Below, piece by piece: positions 39,001-50,328 of a stretch of 64,000 nt of DNA. The translations under genes and the position numbers were made by a program. The notes under the pieces are model-generated. The model worked only from the letters and a program-made list of their open reading frames with translations. It made no database searches and had not been told where the DNA came from. The first letter of the stretch is position 1. The number at the start of each line of letters is the position of its first letter. The stretch spans positions 372,001-436,000 of the forward strand of contig JADIIX010000001.1 of the NCBI GenBank assembly GCA_027604505.1, given 5' to 3'. Source of the stretch: Gonapodya sp. JEL0774. Taxonomy: Eukaryota.

Positions 39001-40495
39001 GGGAGCTGGTGGCTTCGACCGAGAACGGTGAGTGTAGAGCGGGCCGGCGATTCGGAAGTTTGAGATATCAATTTGTTCGCGATATATTTGCAGATCCCAT
39101 GTACCTGCTATCTTGGACTGCTGAGATGTCTTTTGAAACGTCGAGCGAACTGATACAAGCGGTCGCCCCTCACATACTATCGGACAAGTCCGTCATTGAT
39201 TCAAGATGCAAAACTATGTTGAAGTTAATTTTTCATTGTGCACAGCTGCCCCGTCGAGCTTGTTGACATATTTCGGAGTACCTGGTACAACATGACAGCT
39301 GCTCTACCAGCAAAACTTTGGTTGACGACCGTTACTGCTTTTTCTCCTCGAGGACGCGGTCCGTAAGTAACGTCCTTCGTTTGCCATTGATGTTATTTCC
39401 ATCACCTATTGAGCTCGGCTCCCAGATCGTCCATGCAACAAATGCTCTTAGATCCTCCTTGCATTTTGAATTGTGACGGAAGGGTATTCAGTCGTGCGCC
39501 TCTCTTGGAGATTCTGCTGGTTGTAAGTTCTTCGAGGGTGATTTGTTTGCACCACCGAATTTGTTTGTGACGAAATGCTGTTCGTATCAGATTCTAAGCG
39601 GTGTACTGGGTGCCACGAAGTGTAGATATGGTGCTCTCTTCCGCGAGAGGCGGCTGGTGAGCATTGTGAGTCGGCGTTTTCACGATAAAGGGCTCAAACA
39701 CTTGGATCGGAACAGGAGGCGGCTGGTGTATCGTCGGGTCATATGATGAGCGCCGTGCATGGATTGGAAGTGCTGATCATTCAGACTCTCCTCGATCGGT
39801 TGGCAGAAAGTGCTAATGGTGTGTACCCCCGTCCAAAATGTGCTCGGCCCTGTTTCATCCTATCGTGCGCAATGAACCCCACTAAGAGAGAGTTCGGAGA
39901 GTCATATGCGGCTTCATCCACCAGAGGATCTTGTCTGACAGGAGTCTGATAGACAGCATTGTCATTCAAGGATTTCCTGCAAAAGCATTATCGGCAGTAG
40001 TTGACGGAATCGACTCATTTTGTGAGTTCTGCTGCAAGGGTAGAAGACGTTTTTTTCATCAAGCCCTCTATGTCACAGTCTTGGCTTTTGAGAGCACTTC
40101 AATCGTCTTGAGATCCGACGACGCAAGAAAGCAAATGTTTGGAATTGCCTTGTTCGTCGAGCTCTGCCGACGATACCCAACACCTATCAGGTATCGCACA
40201 TGTGCGCATTTGCTATCGACTTACGAGCTCCATTTCAATCTACCTCACCCTGCTGATAGTTTATCGGCTGCAAAGGGACACATTCCCAAGTTGCAACAGT
40301 TAGCCGGTATGTTACTCTGTTCCTTGAAATTGCCCCTGATCATGCGTCACCTGCCCCGTGCGATCAACAGTCACAAAACCCGAATACCTCTCAGATCTTA
40401 TGTTTCTATCACAGCAATTAGCTACAGTGTTTCCCGTCCTCCGAAATGATCTTCGGTCATCCCTCCAGATTGTTCGGAAGGATGACGTGTCGTAA
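36072..40495 (+). CDS. INTS2: Integrator complex subunit 2 (INTS2)-like, divergent; many introns; start approximate
   Basis: C-terminal ICGFIHQRILSDRSLIDSIVIQGFPAKALSAVVDGIDS...KQMFGIALFVELCRRYPTP..SLSAAK and QLATVFPVL match the INTS2 pattern ICCLLHQMYIADP..VHFQGYP..LTVAGIPS..KQIFAIQL..LCIQY..SLSVA. Also IFADPMYLL and SVNYEQL. Alignment made from memory. Confidence 0.72.
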
Positions 40496-40559
40496 ACCTG
40501 ACCTCAGTGCCTCCAAGAGTCGCACGTTCTGTATATCCAGTGTAAATCAAAATCAAATC

Positions 40560-42480
40560 ATGGCCGCGCCCGCTACAGTGGATGTCACACGCGAGCCGAA
40601 CACATATGAAGTGCAGATAGAACCTGTCGCGACACAACAGCTCTCGCCAGTAGGCTTTATCTGGATCTTCTTTCCACTGACTCTTCTCTTCTGAACCTAT
40701 TTCCACAGTTTCATAGAATCTGGGACGGCTTCAAGTCATTTTTGGGGATAGGAAATCGTCGGCGATCATCCCTTGCTATGGCTGACGTTCAGGAGGAAGA
40801 GGAGTGCGTCGGCGGTTGTTGGGGACTGATCAATTTTGTTAATGAGTCGACACTCTACAGCTTCTACTACCGTCTTACTGATTCTGCTGGCACACGGGAG
40901 CTTCACATCTTTCACCATCATGTTCTCCACGAGAACGACCGCACTAAGGCCTTACGGGTCACTGAGGAGCAGAATGCAAAGGGCATATTGGAACAAGCAG
41001 CTGACTGGACACGGGAAAAGTTTGGAACAGCCAAAGACAAAATGGAACATGCTCGGTAGGAATTCTGATTACCATGATCATGGCACAATGTTCTCAGAAC
41101 CTCTCTCTGCATTTCAAAGCGATAGGCTTTCACACGAAGTGGAGTCAGGAATGGGAATTGTGAGAGAGGTGTGTTCCATGCCATCATCTGAACAGTTATG
41201 TCGGTTGACGCGTACTTGTCAGAAGGTGGAGACCGCCGCTGACGTAATCCATGCAATCCCCTCCCATGCGTCACACATGTTGGAGGAGGTCGCCGACGTG
41301 ATGCAAAGCCGCAGCACTCAAGTAACCGAGGCAGTAAAAGAAGGAGTACGCAGCGTTTCCGACACAATTGGCGAGGCTGGGGTGGCAATTACGGAGCGAG
41401 TGAAGGTCTGTTCTTAAACTTAATGAAATGCGAATCACAAAACATTCACCAGGGCAACTGCTTCAGCAACCAATAAGCTCTGTCTCTAGCGTTGCAAGCG
41501 TTGTCTCGAGTGCCGTGCGCACAGGTGCACCATCTCTGACGACGTCAGTTACCTCTGCGGCACATAGCATCTCTTCCCGAGCAACCAGCGCCGGACGTAA
41601 CATTTTTGAAGGTGGTAGAATTCCACTCAAGCACGCTGCTGAGGAGGGTGCCCGGTGGATTCGCGGATCACCCGCGTCCGGGTCCCCGGAAATTGGTTGG
41701 GAACATACCCCACTCTCTGCCATCTATACCGCGATCTTGGCGCTATATTTACTGATTTTGTGGAGGCGCTTGTGGAATAGCAAAAGAAATTCGGGGGTGA
41801 GCGCGACTATTTGTCGATGTTCTCGTGAAGTATGGATTGGTCGAAAGTTTGAGCCACAGATCTCGCTTGGAAGCGTGACTGGCAATAATGGAATTCGCGA
41901 AGAAGTGACAGGTATTTTTAGGGTGCTACATTGAGAGAATGCAGAACCTGACACTTTCTCCTTTGTACCGTTTCGCGCAGATGGGGAAGCAGAAACGGAT
42001 TCACCCACAATCCACCGAACAACCACAAGAACGCGCACAAAATCTACGGCCCTCGCAACTCCTGAAGCAAGTCCCGTTGCAGGCGCATCATTTACGTCGG
42101 AAAGAAGGATCCAAACACCGTTGTTGAGGACCAGTGGCAAACGGCGTCATGGTTCCCTTTCCAAGAGCCAAGACGCCATCCAGACCTTCTCTTATCTAGT
42201 ACCATTACCCATAATGATGCTTTCTTTTTTGGAAGTCAGGGGGGTGCATCGCTTGATTCTCCATTTGATCGGTTGGAGCTTGTTGGGATCATTGTTGTCA
42301 ACCATAGAGTGGGGTCTGATGGAGGGAAACGGGTGAGGGCTCTGGTCACATTTTCGCAAAAGTTGACTCTAGGAAACATTTATATCTTGATTTAGTCGAG
42401 GTCGTGATATTGGGTATCTGCTCACGTTCGGAACCCTCGCGGTGCTGTCGACGTTGGTTGCGTACCATGTGATCCTGTGA
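40560..42480 (+). CDS. Membrane protein with amphipathic-repeat N-terminus and a degenerate MAPEG-like four-TM domain
   Basis: TM1 PLSAIYTAILALYLLILWRRL, then SQDAIQTFSYLVPLPIMMLSFLEVRGVHRLILHLIGWSLL and GRDIGYLLTFGTLAVLSTLV, which follow the MAPEG (YecN-like) spacing. Confidence 0.55.
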
Positions 42481-42652
42481 TAGGCGCTGCCCATTTGAAA
42501 CGAAGGGATTGCAATACCAAACTGGGCGGAATGATGTGATAGGATCTTTACCTCTACTTTTTCTTTTCGAGTTTACATAAAGCAATCAATAAAGCATCGT
42601 GCACTGATGCATGGACTCTAGGTCGATAGGTCTGCACACAATTGAACACGGA

Positions 42653-44366
42653 ATGGATTCGGATAGCACAGCAATTGAGGCAAGTCCTCCTGAGATGGTC
42701 AGAATGGCTTCTAGCTTGAGTAGATGCTGCACGTGTCGTGTCTCCGTTGTCCTTACCTTCGCTTCGCAATCGACATGCGCCGACCCGTGACGTCTCGATC
42801 TGGGGCATTTCTCCATGGCAACCAGATGCCAAAGCATCGGAAATCTCAGGTGCCGCAGTCGGTGGCTTCATCGCGGGACATGGTAAGCTATTCGCGCTTT
42901 TCGACGGCTTCCCGGTAGAGGATATACTGAGTTTGACCGATTGCTCGTCACTTTCGGGGGCTGTCATCCCGATTGGAGTGGGAAACGGCTTTCATTTATA
43001 TGTTTTGCGTCTGCTTTGAGTCTTTTATGGATGGATTTGTGGTGGAACCTGATGTAAGATGATCAGAAGTTCGCTCATTTTGCCTATGTACCTTCAACCT
43101 TCTCAAATGCTTTCCCCAACGGCATGGCCCGAAAAGATCCTGGAGGCGTCGCTTGACTCGTGTGAGCCACAGAACGAGATGCTGGAACGATTGGCGATCA
43201 TCTTGCTGGGATTGACGTGGAAACGAAGACCAGAGTAAGTAGCGTCTCCCTGCGAGTGTTTTCTTACTGGGTAATCTCAAAATGATAACACTGCCCTTTG
43301 TCTTCCTGCTGTCTTTGCGCAGCCCCCGCCACTGGCCGCGCCTGCTATCTCAAACCACTGCGTATTACCACAGAGACGTTACTTCTTTACCGCTTCCCCA
43401 AATTTTCGACTCTCCCGCGTGTCTGTTCACGCTTCCGACTCGCGTCAAGGTTGTATTGTTCGCGCGTATGGCCGAGTGGGCTGCGACCGACCATCCCGGT
43501 GCGCACCGGCAAGTGGACGAGATGCGCGCAGGAACGGGGTTGGAACTGGTAGTTGTGGGGAAGGACGGAAAGGGGGCGATGTACTATCAAGTTGCAAAGG
43601 GGTCTACGCGAATCTACAAGGAAACGAAGGATGGCCGGTGAGTGTTTTCATTCTCGAAAAGCTCTTCGCCCCTCGACAACTTAATGCCGCACGACTGCTT
43701 CCGTTGGTCAATGGCGCCTCATAGGTGGTCTGTTGTCACTACCACCGTTGCTGACTTGCAGGCCTTTGCACTTTCGTTGAGAGAGACTACGAGGTCTCGA
43801 TCGGAACAAAAATTGCGTGAGGAAATCATAGCAATGGTTGACGCAATCGAGGAGGAGCAGAGGGCACGTTGGCGCGCAATCGAGGAGGAGCAAAAGGTGC
43901 GTGTGGAGGGGCTCTACTTCTGCGGCGAGACGTTGCTAATCACGGAAGCCTGCGTTACAACAATCCTTCTACCCAACTTCCCCATCACCTCGTTCTGCTG
44001 TACCGCCAACAGCGTCTTCTTCGAACAGCACGTACAGCCGCACGTCTAAACTCTACAATTTTGTCCCTCTCCGAAGGTCTTGGGCCCCGCCTTCGCAACC
44101 CCCGGCCGCGATATGTGGACCCTCCTACTTCCGATATCGGACCTCCTGAAAACGACGGTGAAAGGGATGATGGACGAGAGGAGAGTGTGGAAAGGGGTAG
44201 TGTCGCTAGTTCGGGAAGTTCCGGTGATACGCTTGGTGCGGAGCTACGGAAAAGAAAGCGAAAGTGGGCCGTGAGCGTGGAAAACCACAGGACGACGGAT
44301 GGTGAAATCAGAGTGCTGAGGAGTAGCGGTAAAGGAGACCAGGAGGAAATAAAGGAATTGGACTAA
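42653..44366 (+). CDS. DDT/WHIM-motif chromatin protein (RSF1/CECR2/Ioc3-like ISWI partner)
   Basis: WHIM1-like LFTLPTRVKVVLFARMAEW, WHIM2-like VGKDGKGAMYYQV..TRIYKE, WHIM3-like WSVVTTTVADLQAFALSL..SEQKL. Start approximate. Confidence 0.6.
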
Positions 44367-44566
44367 TGCTGAACCTGCACTGAAGTGTCCCGGAGGAGGG
44401 TTCGACATGGACGTTCCATTTATATCCTGGTGCTGGTTGGTTTGGCGCACAGTTCCGTGAACGCGCGAATAGAATAATGCTGCTTAGAGCATGATAATCA
44501 TTGTCAAAGCATTCTGTTTTTTGAACACACGATTCACATGATTACATGTAAAGCCCGGTGTACCAT

Positions 44567-46000
44567 TCACACCCACCCCAAACCCGCTCGGGCCACTATC
44601 ACCGCCAATCCTACTGCAAACACGAACACTACTAAGTCATCAACCAGCATTGATGCGATTGTACGCACATGGGGGAAGTAATCGAACGCTTGTTGGATAC
44701 CCGTTCGGGGGACGGAGCCGGAGGGTTTTTGATCGGACGGGGAGAAGAGCTAAATTTGCCAGATTTATAAATTTGGTGGTTTCAAGAATGTCGTGCAAAT
44801 AAAGGGGAGGAAAAACCTCGGCGATAAAGCATGCATACACACGTAGATGTAACCGATACGCGCTGCATGGAGCGTCACTTCTATTGCCAGGAGAATGGTC
44901 CAAATAGACTAGTCACGGAACGGAGAGTGTCGAAAATAATCGCGGTTCCTAAGATTACGCCCTCCATTGGGAAGCCAGGGTGTACTCACGTATCCCAACG
45001 ACGAAATGCCGAGATCCCCCACCACGAGCTCCCCCGAACTCAATTTGGCAACTCGACTGAAGGCTAATTTCCATGATCTAGAAGATGAAGAGGTCGAATC
45101 GTCGTCCGAGCTTAATCCCCACTCCGCGACGTCGCGTTCGCTGGTCGCAAGCAAGTACAGAGACACGAAAGCGGTGATGAGGGCGAAAAAGAGGTGGAGG
45201 AAGCGGAATGGGCGGGAGAGGCGAGGGATTGCCTCAGCAGCAGCAGTATCAGCGGGGGTAGGAGGGGGTGAGCCCAGGAAAGACGATAGAAGGGACGCTG
45301 GAGTAAAGTTGGAGGCGAAGGTGGTGGAGGAGTCCGCAAACGCGAAGGGGGCAGAGCCGTCACCGGGTGCGCCTGGAAACGATGGCATAGCTCCAGAGCC
45401 TCCAGAGTCTCCAGCACCGGCACGGGCAAGGAGTTGTGCCATAGCGGCCGCGGGGTTTCCAGCGCCCACGGCTCCCTGACCCCTTCCCATTCCAGGGCCG
45501 TCAAGCCCCGGCATCGCGCCCGCCCCACCAAGTAAGGCACCAAAAAGCTCCTGCAGGTCCGGAATGTGGTCGGGATTCTGTTGTGTGGGAGAGAACAAGG
45601 AGGGGAGACCGTCCCCTGGCAACACACCGTCGTCTGGATCGCCTGGGTCCGAGGAATCATCGCTAGAGATGGGATGTCGAGATAACGAAATCGGCGGCCA
45701 CGAGGGCGGAAAATGCTGGGCGGGGCGGAGGGGTGTGGAAGCGGGAGCAGGTGATGGAGTAGAACCCCGTGTTGAGGTCGTGTCGGACAGAGGGGCAGAC
45801 CGGGCAGCTGGAACCGCCCCCGTCCCCGTCCCCGGCGCCGGATCCCCTGAGCCGGGGTCGATACCGTTATGTGTTTGTGTGATTCGCGCCAGTCTGTCTG
45901 CTCCACGAGCGAGAATGCGTGCGCGACGATCTTCTGCCCTGTCCTTTGCGCTCTTGGAACCGGCGGATCCAGTCGACGGGGTCGTGGAATCGCTCGACAT
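44567..46000 (-). CDS. GET2: GET2/CAML-like ER tail-anchored protein receptor
   Basis: N-terminal basic motif AEDRRARILARGADRLARIT, long disordered linker, three C-terminal TM segments (FLHLFFALITAFV; IWTILLAIEVTL; DDLVVFVFAVGL). Confidence 0.7.
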
Positions 46001-46531
46001 TGTTGTGTTCTTATTTAATTCGGCGCTATGCAGTGACCGTTTGCGCTGGAGAGAGGGTCAGGAGTACGTTGACGTATTAGCAGAATCTTCACCTGTGTTC
46101 ACTATGTACGCACAGGACTACATCACACACATCCCAGAGTGCTAGATTCACAACTTCAGTTTACTCGACTTTAATTACATAACTGTTGCACTTGGGCCCC
46201 AAGCCTTGCCGCCAACTGTACGGGTAACTCACCAGTGTTCCGGCATACACCGAATGCAGCCACCGGCCGAGCCAACAAGATTTATCCGTATGCGCAATAT
46301 ATTCCTGCTACACACACACAGCAGCTCAAACTACAAAAAGCATGCCACGACACCACCAATCACAAGAATATAACCCATGAGAGCAAAGACCTCCACATAG
46401 CCCAGTACATGAGCAGCCATGTGAGACTAGGGAGATGGGGATTGTCGGTGTGTGGAGTATGCCCGAATTCGGCGCGATGTGCGGGAGCGGAAGACGTGGA
46501 CGAGTGGTCGGGGACGCGAGAGGTAAATGGC

Positions 46532-47428
46532 TTAGTCGAAAAGACCTGGAAGGAACACGAGGAACAATATATCGAGCCACATGAGTCGATGATTCGGCAC
46601 CTGCGGTAAGAACGATTGGAAACAACACCCACCGAAGCCCATGTCCTCCTCCTCTTCCTCCTCCTTCTTCTCCTCCTTCTTGGGGGCTTTCTTCTCCTCC
46701 TTAGCGGGGGCAGCGGCGGCAGCGGGAGCGGCAGCAGCAGCGGGGGCAGCGGCGGCGGCGGCGGGTGCAGCACCGGCGGAGGGGATGGCAGAGAGCTTGG
46801 CGGTACCGGCCTTGATGAGCTGCAAGCGAGAACGCAAATGAATCCATGGTGAGTAAAGGGTGTTGATTGACAAAGGCGTGTGCATCACGTTAACGACACG
46901 CCATCCCGTCGTCCAAGCGAATCCAGTCGATACACGTCCCCTCCGAAGACAAGGAACGGAATACCCGCCAAACACGCAGTGTAGCTCAATGATATTCCTA
47001 ACCCTTTTTTCTTGTGGAATTGCGCTTCTGCTTCCGTCTGGGCGAGTGCTAAAGAGAAGACTCCAACCAACCTCCTCAATGCTCTTTCCCTTCAGCTCCT
47101 TAATGAGGGTCTTGAGCTTGTCAGAGTCAGCTTCAACACCGACAGAGCTGAGGACAGCCTCGACATCGGCGGCGGTGGGGGAGGCCTCTGATGATACAGG
47201 GACACGTTGAGATTCATCGGCATGACCTTCCACAGAAAATCAACCGACAACTCACTGCCACCGAGGACTACAGAAAGGCGTGCACGCAACGTGATAGATA
47301 CAAGGTGGCGATGGATGGAGGGCGCAACAACAAAAGTGAGCGATCAAGGTTTAGAGTACAGTCGTTGGGTAACCCTTCGAGCCAAGACTAGACACACCAA
47401 GGAGAAGGTAAGCAGCGACGTGTTTCAT
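46532..47428 (-). CDS. RPP2: 60S acidic ribosomal protein P2
   Basis: Spliced [48 protein letters not shown]..Ala-rich hinge..EEEEDMGFGLFD. Includes a 12-nt exon at 47256-47267. Confidence 0.97.
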
Positions 47429-48417
47429 TGCAGGAGGCTTGACGAATTAGCGACGGGAGGCTTTGGAGGATGAGGGTGCATGGTTCAGAGTGACGATTCG
47501 AACATGAGAATGAGGTTTCGGGCACACCCCAACGAAGCACCAGGCAACCACGCGAAACCACAACTCCCATTCACGAATTGTGTTGGAAATGCCAGTGCAG
47601 TGTGGGTACCGTCTTTGAAACCGCAGGTCCAAGAAGCAGAAAATGTCCAAACTCGACAAGGACAGGGGACACAAAGACAAGCACATCCATCGATCCATCG
47701 ACGCTCGAATCCTGGACTTTTGTACGGGAACACTGATTGTTTAAAGTTGCTGCTACTCACGGACTTTGTGGGAGAGCTGCGCACCAGAATTTAACGGAGA
47801 TACCGACCCGGTGTGACTGGAGAGACTCTGTGTGTGAAGGAGGCCTGAAGTGCCAATGGAGGCCCATGCATTTCGTGGCGCAGGTTTGTCACCGTTTTTT
47901 GTACGTATGTTTCTTCTGCTCCAACGAAATGAATAAAAGCTGAAACAAAATGGGTCGCTTATATGCTGCGTAGTCTCTCAGGTTATTCCAGTGAGGGCAT
48001 TTATATTCTACCACGAGCTGCAGTGGGTAGTCAGAGCGTTACGCATGTCTTCAATTATTTGAAGTATGTGCAACACCACACGGAAACATGTGACCTCGGA
48101 AACGCATGAGAATCGCGAGACAATACAAAAGCGGCCGGTGTCAGATGTTTACGGAACTGCACATTGGGTATATTTGGGAGTTCATTGGTGAGGGCAAATG
48201 TCTTCAAATGTAGTGACAGTAACACGCATAAATGATTCAAACAATTTAGCTCATAGCAAGATCATTGACTGTATTGCGGATTGGTGGGTATAAAGTGCGT
48301 CAATCCATTGGATTGGTGGGGAGGGAGCTGTGCTGTGGGGTAGAAGTGCCGCAATAAAATCTATGAAGAACTGATACCCACATCAGTCAATCGTTCAACC
48401 CCTTCAAGCTCGCATTT

Positions 48418-50233
48418 ATGACTTCACCTTCCCCCTTCGTGGATTTCGTGAGAGGCGAGACTCTTCCCTCCATACTGCAGGCATTTGAGAGTGTGAAACT
48501 GGACTTGTTATCGCCCCAATCCAACAAAATCAAACCGCTGGACTTCTTTGATGCGCTCGCAAAAAACACACCAAGCTCGCTGTTCGCCGCGCACAAGGTT
48601 ATGTCTGGTCCCTTGAAGACAATGGTTAACTCACCCGTGTGAGAGAACACACGTCACGATTGCGTTTTACTGAGAACCTTCATTCAGAAATACAACGATC
48701 GTAGGTACACTCCCTATCGCGAGGCATGTAAACGATACTCTGTGCTGGTCGTTGGAGCTGGGATTGCGGGACTGAGGTCTGCGATTGAGTGTGCGTTGGT
48801 CGGGTGCCAGGCGGTGACTGTCGTGGAGAAGCGGGAGAGCTATACCCGAAACAATGTGCTTCATTTGTGGCAGGCCGTGGTGGCGGATTTTCGAGAGCTT
48901 GGTTTCAAGGACTTCTTTGGCAAATTCGCCGTCGGTGGTCTCGATCATCTTCCCATATGGAGGATCCAAATAATCCTGACCAAGATTGCACTACTGCTCG
49001 GAGTCGAGATACGCATTGGGACCTCGTATCAGAAATCGTCCTTTGACCCACTCACTGGAGACTATGTTGCCACTCTGTCGACTGTCTCAAGTGATGCGCA
49101 GGGACTTCAAGAGATACGTGGATTCAACGTGCTCGTTGGAGCTGAAGGGGAGAAGTCACTTGTTGCCACAGAATTTGACTTTATCAAAAAAGAGCTCTCT
49201 TTTGGCCAAGCTATTGGGATCACGGGTGAGTATTTGTGGTGGCGGTGACCACTTCTCGTGTTGTTCGCAGTGCTCTGATCCCCGAGCCACGTTTTTGGTT
49301 AGCGAACTTTGCATTGCAAGGTACACAGCAAGAGCGAAATCTGAACGAAGGGGGTTTCATTTCTTACATGAATCGAGGTGGGGGCCGAACTGGCGTTCCC
49401 TTTGGGCAGACCGTCGACCTGGGCTCATCGGTCGCTCGTCCCTCGTAGACTTCTTCAACCTCTTGGCACAACAATCTATCCAACTGGAGAACTTGGTGTA
49501 CTACTCATCCGACACCAACTACTTCGTTGTGACTGCCAAAAAGGATTGCCTTCTTGGCAATGGCGTGCTCGTCGAGGACAAGTCCAGCTCGGAAGAGCTC
49601 ACGGCTCCTGCGAATGTCAGTCGAGTCAAATTGGAGCTGTTTATGCAAAAGATAGCAGAGCTTTAGTGAGTTGCTCGTTCTTTATGTATGTTCTATCCGT
49701 TGTGTTTTCTGAAGCTACCCTTTACCACTGTCGATCAGTGGATTGTCTGGATGCAAATTTGCCACTATCAATTCCGTAAACGATGTTGCACTTTTTGATT
49801 TCAGCAAGAAGCACACCACAGTCACTCCTTCCAAAGTAATCAGTCAAGGTGGGCAACATCCCTTGGTGGTTGGTGTTGTTGGCGACGCCGGTGAGCGACC
49901 CTTGAGCCTTTCTATCATCACGATTGGAGAAACTATATCTTAATTCGTCTATAAACACTAGCCATCAATCCTTTTTGGCCTCAAGGGACTGGAGCCGCAC
50001 ATGCCGTTATGTCGGCGATGGATCTTGCCTGGACTCTCTGCCAACTTGCTCCGCTCCTTCCTTCTCCCATGGACCCCGTCGACCAAGGACAATTAGATGC
50101 AGCGGTGGCGGGGCCATTGGCGGAACACGATAAACTTCACAACTTTCTGCAAACAGCGAACCCCGACAACATTAAAAAAGTCGACGGTTCACCTCGAACA
50201 TCACAAACTATCGATCCTAAAACACGATATTAA
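48418..50233 (+). CDS. Stand-alone MICAL-type flavoprotein monooxygenase domain (F-actin methionine monooxygenase-like)
   Basis: VLVVGAGIAGLRSAIE, VVEKRESYTRNNVLHLW, FFGKFAVGGLDHLPIWRIQIILTKIALLLGVEI, AIGITANF, LENLVYYSSDTNYFVVTAKK, DVALFDFS, VGDAAINPFWPQGTG, TIDPKTRY-stop. Confidence 0.88.
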
Positions 50234-50328
50234 TTGCATACAATTTCCTGCCAAATGTTTTTGGAGTCAAGTACATAGTGTATGTTCACACTTCCCGCCG
50301 ACATATCAGACCACGAGAGTTGCACACG

